From Hormiphora californensis (lineage: Eukaryota > Animalia > Ctenophora), in NCBI GenBank assembly GCA_020137815.1, contig CM035355.1:6386001-6450000 (forward strand): a DNA stretch of 64,000 nt, in the 5' to 3' direction. Each line of letters opens with the position of its first letter. The first letter of the stretch is position 1. Below, in pieces: positions 54,721 to 64,000 of this stretch. The notes beneath the pieces were generated by a model that did not search any database, was not told the DNA's origin, and saw nothing but the letters and a program-made list of their open reading frames with translations. A program made the translations under genes and the position numbers.

Positions 54721-57700
54721 TCAACTTTCTTTGTGGGTTTTCTGGATGGACGATGATTGAGCGGTATTCAATCCACTATCTTTCCGTCCGCCATGCTCCA
54801 GCCGCCTGGCACTAGTCTTGTTTTCCTTTCCTTTAGGCCTGGATAAACCTCCTCCTATAACGGGGGCTCTTTGGGATGACTTCGCTGGTATGGGTTTAAT
54901 TACCGAGTCCCTAACAATCTTTATCTCATCCTCTACATCTCGATCAGTAACATGGTTGCTAAGGGTGATCTCCATAGCAATGGCACTCGAATACTCCTTC
55001 ACGGACTGTGTCTTGTAGACACTCTCAAACTTCTCCACAACTCTACCACGTGGTGGGGGAGACTGTTCGGGTGATACCGGTTGTTTCAGGAATGGGTTTG
55101 AAGGTGACTTCTTCTCCGAAGATCGACATGTTTTCTTGGCTGGGGGCGATGATGATGATGTCATAGATGTGTCCTTTTCTTTTGTTTTCCTTTTTTTTGT
55201 CAGTCACAGATGGAGGTGGTTTTTAAGTGCGCCCTTTTTTTTCACTTTACTGGTATTCTTCCTTGTTTGCCTGGTGAACAAATTTTTTTTGTGAGAGGGG
55301 GGAAAAAAAAATTTTTTATGGGGAATTTTTTTTGCTGTTCTGTTTTCTTTTCTGTGTCTTGTTTTCCCCCTTTTCTCTGTCGATAAAACGTTGGGGAAAA
55401 AAATTTTTATAATTTCCCCGCGAATCTAGAAAAATACCCGGGCCGTAATTTAAAGAGATCCCCTCCTCGGGGTAAAAGGGGCCTACCGTGGTTTAACGGT
55501 TAATGAGGTTATCTCTGAGCCATTCTTCCCAAAAAGGGCTTTTCCTCCCTTCAGCTCCTCGAAATGAAGGGGTATGTGAACTTAGGTAGTCTCGCCTGTA
55601 CACTTCAACCGGTTTGAAAATCCTACTAACAATACTCCCAACTTACTCACTACAAAAAAAAACCATAACCCCTATTTTTTTTCCCGGAAAATTCAATCAA
55701 CTAACCTGGAAAACGATGGCAGATGATGGCTGTTTTTCCACCCGAAACAAACCCTGAAACTTTTTCCCCTTTAATCCCCCGGGATCCTTTAGGGCCCCCC
55801 TTGAATCTGGGGGAAAGTGGGGGTACCCTCCTTTTGGCTTTTGGGGGGGCGAGGTTCCCCACTGCCAGTTGAGCTTTTCTGGGCTCTTATGTCCCTGAGG
55901 GAAGGGAGAACTTTAAATTTAGAGGGAGAAAGGGTTTAACTTTAGAAATGTGAGGGGGCAGGGTTAGTCTATTAGATGCTGTCCAAAACAGTCATAGTAA
56001 TGCCATCAGGTTGTTTTTTTCTCAGCCCATATAATGACTTCTCTTACCCAGGAAATCGAGAGACTCCAGATCAAGATGAGGAGGGAGTGGATTGAGGGGT
56101 CTCACGACACAGCCCTCCATATCAAACACGAGATGGTGTTTAAAAGCCAGCTCCGCCTGTAATCATATATGGGGATGTGTTAAACGGAGGAGTCCATCAT
56201 ACCGGGGGGGGGGGGGGGGGGGGGGTCATCCCCTAGTTCGTCGGAGCAAAAGTAAATATTCCGTGTGGGAATATATTTGTTATGTTCCAACCCTTCCTTT
56301 ACATTTGTAATTTGTATTTCGCGGGCGGAGCTTGCGAAAAGAGGATCGAGCTAGGCAAATGTATATTTGTCATACAAATCCAGTTCGGATGGAAAGGTTG
56401 CCTAGTTAGACCCTGTTTCACGCGCCCCGCCAATGAAACAAATGTAGGGAGGGTTAGAACATAACAATGGAAAGAGCAGTCTTTTGTTATGGGAGACAAA
56501 TATAAATCCAGTAAGTCCACGCTGTCTTGTTAGACCCTTTCTCTAGGTATCTTTTGGGTATCTTTTATTCAGGGATCTTTACAAAGCTTTGTGTTGATAA
56601 ATGTCTTTTCTTTCGTCAACAATACAGGGGAACGTGAGAGAGCCTCTAAGTGTGCTGAACACACTGTGCTCTCCATAAAATGAGGTCTGTAGACACTATC
56701 GCTCGCTATAACACACCTCTCTAGTGATGGGGTATGCTAAACGTTAGCCCAGCACTCCATGAGGCGTAGGAAGGAATCTTGCTCTCCCTCAATAGACATT
56801 ACACGATATAATACGACGGATAATGTAAGTAATACCTACCTACATTTTCCGTCTTTTGTTGAAGGTGTTCTTTAATTAAAGGAGTTGATAAATGTCTTTT
56901 CTTTCGTCAACAATATTAGCACCGAAAGGTAAGATAAGCCGTGCTCTATAACCCTTTGGCTATTTTCTAGTTTCGTTTTTTAATCACTAAACGTCTTATA
57001 ACTTATTACTACCGGGACCTAATATATTTCAAGTTTTCATTAGATTTCAGACCCTAACAATTATTTTAGGTGCTGTTCGTTCTTCTAATCACAGGAATAC
57101 TACTAACGCAGTACATTCTATTGTCTCCCTCCCTTACTCCTACCTCCCTCTCCCTTCAAGAAACAGACATTAGGGAGGACCATCTTGGCTGATGAATCCC
57201 CCGATGTTCTCGATCTCCTACCACCCTCCTTCCTTCCATCCCACGCTTCCTTTTGTTGGTACAATTCTGCCAGAAAGTTCCGCTGTCTACCGTCGGTGTT
57301 TGTTATTGGGATGAATAAATGTGGCTCTACGGACCTCTGTGACAAACTCACCGCCACTCACCCCCTTCTGGAGTACCCTTCTTTCAACAAGGAGTACCAA
57401 TATTGGACTCAGACACGCCTGGGCAGGTCTGAGATTCACACCCAAGAGGGATATGGCCCACGGGAGCTGTTTGGGTCGTATTTAGACCGAGTGGGCGGTG
57501 AGGGAGTGGAGGGGAGAAGAGATGTAAGGTTGTTAGATGGCTCACAAACTATATCTTATGATATTCTTGATTGGGAAACAAGGCATGGGACCCAGATAAG
57601 CTACACCAATGCGAATATCATCCACTCAATCCTACCTTCAGCTAAAATTATAATGATTCTACGAGATCCAGTTGATCGGCTTTACTCTGGATATAATTAT

Positions 57701-60700
57701 TTTAATAGCTACTGGTATAGTGGGAGGCATGCACCCTGTACCCCTGAGATGTTCCACAATGAGGTGGTGAAGGAGATTGGAAGATGGGATAGGTGTATGA
57801 GAACTAATTCGTTATACGAGTGTTGTTATTCATCAGAACTAATGGAACCTCAGGCTAAAATAAGATTGCCGTTAGGTGTCTACATCTGCTTTGTAAAGCC
57901 GTGGTTAGAACTGTTCGGTAATAGTAACTTTCATCTTTTATCTTTTGAGAAGTATACAACCAATCAAACTGACACTCTCTTGGAGATTTTTAGATTCCTG
58001 GATCTCCCTTTACCTCCCGTTTCGACCGTGAAGACGATCATATCGGAGGGGGAAATAGAAAATAAGGGGGACTCATATGCCCCGATGTTGACAAAAACTA
58101 GAGATCTCCTATCTGCATTTTATAGGCCATATAACAAAATGCTTTATAACCTTACTGGGAAGACTGAATTTCTTTTCGAGAAATGAATGAGTTAAGGATT
58201 TTTATTTATTAGATTTCTTAATTTCATTAGCATAACGAACACTTTTACTCAAAAAAGGATATTTATTGAACTACTTCCACCATCAGCTAACCCCATTCAA
58301 CTAAAACACCAGTTGCCATATCAACATATTGCGTTGCTATGCAGTTATTGACCCCTGATTTTACTCTACCATTTCTTCTATTGTGCAAATTCCGCACCGT
58401 TATACAGGTCCCCACCGTGCCCAATTACAGAAAGGGATTTCGCACGGTAGGCATGTATACTGATTGAGGCATGTTCTAACACTCCACGCGGAGAGAAGGT
58501 CGAACAAGGCAACGTTGATTGAGGTGTACCGTAAATGTGCGTGGTTACCTACGTTTTGGAAGCGGGTGTAGTATTCCTTAGTATCGATCCCTTCCACGTT
58601 CTTCATATTGTGAGAGGCGATGAAGGACTTCACTCCCCGTTCAACGTTAGAAAACTTGCGAAATTGTTTGTGGACTGTTTTCAGGCCGCATTTTGGAAGT
58701 CTCTCAAGGTAGTCACAACCAGAGATTATACACATTTGCCTGCGAGATGGGCATTTGTTTTCCTTGTGTTTCTAACACTGTTACTGGGGGGAAAAAAGAA
58801 AGGAAAAATAGAGGTAATGGAGTTTTGGGTACAGGAGAAATGAAGGGGGAAAGGGAGAGAGATTGGAAGGAGAGGGAAGGGGTAAAGGGGGAGTTTGGCC
58901 TCCCCTCCCTTTTCCCTTTTTGGGGGCCCCCCCTCTGCGTCGCTTCTCCGTTCCTTCCTCTTCTCGTCTCGCCCCTTTTCCCCCCCTCCCCTCTCCTCCT
59001 CCCGCTCCTTCCTCTCTTCTCCCGCCTTCCCTCTCTCTTGTTTGGCCCTTTCTTTTTCTCTTTTAAAAAGACTTGCCAAAAACCCTGAAACAACCCGGGG
59101 GGCCCCCTTTCCCCCTCTAATCTCTCTCCTTTCTCTCTCCCTTCCTTTTTTATACCCCTTTTCCTCATATGGGGACGTGGGACTATTTTGAAATCATTTC
59201 CATAACTACCACCGACACCCCAGTTCTTCATCTACCATGGTCCATGTCTCTCTTATTATACAACACTTTGACTAACAGTACATGGTGGCGGTGTGCCAAA
59301 AATATCATTTTTAAAAATTGGTAGAATGGAATTCATGTAACTGCCCCCCCCCCCTCCCCATTGTCCATACAAAGCTGGAAGCAAACATTACCTGAACTTA
59401 TCAAATACTCCCCCCCAAATCTTGCCCTCCTGGTCTTCCCGGTCCCCAGGTTTTTTTTCTCCTTCGCACCAGTCCTCCCAATGGCCTTTTCTTTTAGGGG
59501 GGGAGTTTACTACCTTATTTATAATTTGGAGATTTTAATTGAAATTTAAAGAAAAACCCCAATAACCCTAAAAAACCCCCCGACTATATAATCGCCCCGG
59601 TCCCATCTCTCTCCATTAGAGGAACTCACCTGACAGCCAAAAGGAATGAGATCGCTGTCTTCAGTTATTGCCAGGTCTGCTATTCCTTCATTGACAAGAT
59701 AGGTCAACTGGGCATCTGCTTCAAAGGGAGACACTACAACTGGAACACCCAATTCGTAGCAGCATTTTATGACCTGGGAGTGGGTAAATTCGTTATGCCC
59801 CGTTATTATTGTGAATACCCAGATTGCAGGAACCGACCGAATCAGGAAATACTGGCCCCTGATTGGCTGATAACCAGTCACGTGACCTAAATAACGAGTT
59901 CTGATTGGTTGTTTACTTGTTTCGGTCGGTTCCTGCCAGATTGAGAATTTAGAAACCAAATAATAACCGTTCCCTAGTATGAGATGTGTCCCAGAGATCG
60001 TGCTTCTACATACCTGTTGTACCATCTCAGTGGTGATCATAATACTCCTCTGAAAGGCCTCTGCAGCTGCCGTCCTATTCCCCTCCGCTAATAGTTGCCT
60101 TCCTCGCTCCAAGTTTTCCTGAAACGTTGTTGCAATAAACTCTTGCGTATGATATCCCCTCACTTCTCTCCCTCCTGTGCACTACTCTCTCGCGGTATCG
60201 CACGCAACGTCTAGCTCGCGATGGGGGCGAGTGAAAAAACAAAATAGGCCCCTTTTATTTAGCAACAAGTTAGATGAACTAAATTCTCAACGAACCTCTC
60301 GAGTTTCCCGCCGTTTGGTTTGTGTTCCACGCTTGCTGGGTGCACTGCACCCATCGAACACCATGATGGGTAACATCTTGTGGAACTGGAGGAGTTTAAT
60401 CCGCTTTGCTATGTAGTTAACATACTTATCAGTCGCCTGGCCTGTTGGAGATCGTGTTATTAAAATGATCAAGTTTTTAAACTAGAAATTCAGAGAATTT
60501 TTTCTCAGTTCTCATTTTCTCAAACAGTGAAAAGCCGAGCTAAACAATTACAAACCTGTTGCAAGTTCAAATGCACACGAGAAGGCTCCTTTATGCAGCC
60601 AACATGAGGTATCTACAGCAACCACAGCTCCCTTATACTGGGACAAGTGGGCCTTCCGGTGAAGGTTGCTTAGGAACGGGAGGAGTCCTTGGATACCCAT
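54721..60700 (-). CDS. EXO1: Exonuclease 1 (XPG/Rad2 family)
   Basis: Exons 60700-60556 ([10 protein letters not shown]...[17 protein letters not shown]), 60441-60296 (PIMVFDG), 60118-60014, 59773-59630 (SPFEADAQL...[11 protein letters not shown]), ~58740-58553 ([11 protein letters not shown]3TH) and 56156-56048 (AFKHHLVFD). Disordered C-terminal exon(s) run to ~54721. Middle and 3' parts lie in noisy sequence. Confidence 0.93.
57070..58186 (+). CDS. Carbohydrate sulfotransferase 15-like (GalNAc4S-6ST family), nested antisense in an EXO1 intron
   Basis: [19 protein letters not shown] (5'-PSB), [17 protein letters not shown] (3'-PB), [13 protein letters not shown] signal-anchor segment [18 protein letters not shown] from 57070 sits one frame off, with an apparent frameshift at ~57125-57180. 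Confidence 0.9.
59827..59935. mobile_element. 109-bp hAT-type MITE
   Basis: 8-bp TSD CCAGATTG (59819-59826 and 59936-59943). TIRs CAGGAACCGACCGAA / TTCGGTCGGTTCCTG. Confidence 0.88.
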
Positions 60701-60963
60701 GGAAACCTAGTTCAGTAGAAATATCGTGTTATAGGGTCCTAGTTCAGAAGAGATGTTAGAGGATCGAGGATAGGCGTAGGAGGAGAGTAGATAGGGGATA
60801 GGAGTAGGGGTAACATTAAATCCAAATAAAAAGATGTCATGGTTGTATCTCAAATGATTCACAATAAGTTATAAAACTCTCTCCCTCGAACAACACTATG
60901 CTTCACAGCCCAAACTAAGCGAATAAAAGTTCAGTCACCGAATTCCTATCAAAAGATCTGTAA

Positions 60964-61201
60964 TCAATCTTCAAATATATCCTCTTCATCGCCCAACAAA
61001 TCGTCCATTTCAGGATCAATACCCTTCTCAACCAGAACATCGTGAACCATGTCTTGTGTCTCAGAGATCTGGAACCCCAACAGCGCCTCCAATTTCAGGG
61101 TCTCTTTCAGAGTCTCATCTACAGAGACGGGTGTTTCTATCACTTTATCACACTCTAGAATCTGAAATTGAAGATGGTTGACATTCAGCTTGATATGGGG
61201 T

Positions 61202-61233
<32 letters not shown>

Positions 61234-61237
61234 TAGA

Positions 61238-61280
<43 letters not shown>

Positions 61281-62180
61281 TCTAAGCGTTTATGAGAGTT
61301 AGAAAGTTGCTCACAACAACGTCTTACCAAATGAAGCAATCGCTTCAACTCCACGCCAAATTGTGAGTCAATTTCCTCCTCAGGGGTATTCAAAAGGTAC
61401 GCATCAAGTCCCCCGCACTCCGCTATACGGGTTACAGCGTAATCAGTGGTTCCAATATGGTACGATTCACCTGTAATCTGAGACGAAACGTGATCAGTTC
61501 AGATTACACCCCGGCGTGTGTGAGTGGGACTTCAATCCCCGCTCTAGACATGCGAGAGTGCGCGCGCGTCGTTTCGCGCTGAGATCCAGAATGGCGTGTC
61601 CTCGCGCGTGCGGTGAACAAACAGGAGCAAGTGTGACAGAGTCTTGGGACACAAGTTTCCACCCAGCTACCACCAAAATCAATCATATAAAAGTGGTCCT
61701 GATGACTGATCATGGCTTGTTACCCCTTCAAACTTGTACCTACCTCAGAGCGAAGTGTTCGCTTATCGTTGAATCCTTCAGGAACATACGGGACCACAGG
61801 GTAGAAACTTACACTGTGGGACACGGTGGTTTATTAGAAACACTCCAGAAACACTCTGTATCAATACGTGTTTCACCTTCCTACCAAGCTAGGCCATAGT
61901 TGAAACGAGAACTGCCCAACTGCACAGATATAAAATGCTATGTGAGCTACACAAGTTGAAACGAGATCTAAACTTACTAAGAAGCAGCCCTCCAATTCCC
62001 GAAAGGGATCTCCTTGTGAAACAGTCCCTTCTCTCCTTCTATCACTTGAAAGTCACCCGGCCAGGTCCTAACTCTCGTCTTGTGAAAGGGGAGTGATTTG
62101 GGAACTTTAATCTCGGGTCGGCCGTCAGATAATAGTCGGTGGTGAGGTTGACAACATCGTGTTAATCTCCGACACAACAT
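60964..62180 (-). CDS. MRPL28: Mitochondrial ribosomal protein bL28m-like
   Basis: Exons 62180-61978, 61813-61744, 61698-61671, 61470-61328 and 61161-60964 splice in frame. Arg-rich presequence MLCRRLTR; KGLF...FGN; GGLDAYLLNTPEEEIDSQFGVELKR. Confidence 0.78.
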
Positions 62181-62386
62181 TGAGCTAAGATAGGAGTCAG
62201 GTTTAGTATGGGGTTTCTCTGTTTTTACCCTCCTTTTGGTGAGAGAGAAAGATAAAGTAGTGAGGGAAAACAGACATTTTGTACACCACTTTATAGGGTT
62301 GAAAGAAGGGGTTAAATTATCAATTATATCTGAAATCTCAAAATACACAAACACACAGACAGTCATTCAAACACACAGCCCTCCCT

Positions 62387-62754
62387 TTAATCCTCCCCGG
62401 CGGGCAGTGAATCTTCCAGGATTTTTACAAATTTGATCCTAATTTCTGTGGAATCATTGCCACGCAGGGTGTCCCCGACAAACGAACATTTAACGTCCAT
62501 CTGGACCATCTCTAGAGCACCCCTTATCACCCCACAAATTATGTTGCTGTACCTGGGAAGGAGTGTTGTCGTGGGAACGGGTGTTGTCATTGAAACAGGG
62601 AGTGTTGTCATGGAAACGGGGAGATACTAAACTTACCACAAAGTATCTTGACAGTTAGGAGGTAGTTCAACGTATTCAGCAAGGGGATTTTCAGTAATGA
62701 CGAGGGAAAATTCATCTTTTGCGGCGGTCCAGTTTTTAATCTCCGGTACAATAC
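62387..62754 (-). CDS. TRAPPC3: TRAPP complex subunit 3 (Bet3), last two exons; 5' part not located
   Basis: 62754-62637 [25 protein letters not shown]; 62552-62387 [18 protein letters not shown]...LPAGED*. Confidence 0.95.
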
Positions 62755-63059
62755 CTGAAGAAGGGCTGTGATAAAACAAGAAAAACACCCCACATGGAAA
62801 CAAACCCATGAAAAACTATCAAACATCAAACAAACAAACATGACAAACAAACATGATACACCACAAACGGGGGAGTTGACACTCGACCGATATTGACCTT
62901 ATTTAGGTGCCGGCAGGCACCTCCGACCCGAAGAAAACAGCAAAAAACGAAAAAAAGAAAAAAAAATTTTTGCCCCTGCACAAAAACCCAAAAATGCCGG
63001 CCCTATTAAGAACAAAGAAAGGTCTTTTTTTTGGGGGGGGGGGGGGGGGGGGCAAAAAA

Positions 63060-63890
63060 CATGTCAACGATTGTGGCCACACCGTTTGAGATATCGACTT
63101 GAAATTTTGTAGGCATGTTCTTGTAGTATTCCTTTGTGTCATGACGTTGGCGGATTTTTGAATTTTTAATTAATTAATTAATTATAGGTAATTAAAAACG
63201 GTGCAAGGGCACCGTGCCCCTGCACATTGCGTGTTCTGTCCCTTGCACCGCGCCCCTGCACCAAATTCTATTTTCCGTTCTGCTTAAAATATCGACTTGA
63301 AACTTTGTAGGAATGTTCTTCAATCATAAAAGATGATGTTCGAAAAGTGGGAATAGTCAAAATTAATTAATTAGTTAGTTAGAGCCGTGCAAAAAATGGA
63401 ATTTGGTGCAGGGGCAGGCAATGTGCAAGGGCAAATGGTTCAGGGGCTGCCCTTGCACCAATTTTATGATCGAACTGTGTCCACACCGTTTAATATTTTG
63501 ACACGAAACTTTCTATGCATGTTCTAGTAGCATAACTACGAGTACTAGAAGAGCCGTATGATTAATATATCAATTAGGTAATTAATTATAGGCAAATTAA
63601 TTAAAATTTGCCCCTGCACAATTTGTGCAAATTTCCCCTGAACATGTGCCCTTGCACCATTTTGTTTGCCCCTGCACATTTTTTGCAACTTTGATATTCA
63701 AACTGTGGCCACACCGTTTGAAATTTCGAAATGAAACTTTGCATGTATGTTCTAGTAGTATAACTACGAGTCATAACGGAGCCGGATTTTTGATTTTCTA
63801 ATTAATTAATTAATTATAATAAATTAAAACTTTTGCCCCTGCACCAATTTGCCCCTGCACAATTTTGGCAAATTTGATATTCAAACTTTG
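63060..63890. repeat. Diverged ~200-230-bp tandem repeat (about 4 units) in TRAPPC3 intron
   Basis: Recurring GTGGCCACACCGTTT, GAAAYTTTG, TTAATTAATTAA and GCCCCTGCAC motifs. Confidence 0.8.
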
Positions 63891-64000
63891 AGCCTTTGTG
63901 AAAGTAATGAAAATTATTTATTTCAGGTTATGATGAACAATAAGCTATAAAAACGCCCCTTTTTATTACACAAGCCTGTGCTTGGTATCGAAGACACCTC

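Noticed and set aside
58745-59600. Homopolymer-rich ORFs and apparent EXO1 disruptions (also 55200-55950)
   Set aside because: The pattern of expanded homopolymers suggests sequencing error, so EXO1 is not called a pseudogene.

Overview
This is eukaryotic, intron-rich and repeat-dense animal DNA. It is probably from a ctenophore (Pleurobrachia-like), inferred only from recalled repeat families and gene character. Most ORF-track entries are microsatellite noise, so genes were rebuilt by reading GT-AG splice sites. Genes on +: a 5'-partial ionotropic glutamate receptor (10.1-16.2 kb), an intronless NudC-family gene, PIP4K2 (34.9-46.5 kb), and a CHST15-like sulfotransferase nested antisense in an EXO1 intron. 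Genes on -: three related small orphan genes in tandem repeat modules (0.2-9.3 kb), a profilin-like gene, an unidentified Pro-rich gene, and a tight TRAPPC3 > mitoribosomal bL28m > EXO1 cluster. Mobile DNA includes a CR1-type LINE split inside its RT core, non-autonomous Helitrons (one inserted into another), and many palindromic or foldback elements with TA, TTAA, 3-, 8- and 9-bp target-site duplications. The most interesting signals are: (1) a splice acceptor a few nt before the ATG of nearly every gene, plus an operon-like cluster; (2) repeated tandem duplication of 3' splice sites; (3) kb-scale near-perfect palindromes, several of them intronic; (4) an iGluR with GluN1-like glycine-type pocket residues and an altered gate motif; (5) the orphan gene family. 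Several stretches (about 1.4-1.6, 24.7-26.3, 32.5-34.1, 55.2-56.9 and 58.7-59.6 kb) look like low-quality sequence.
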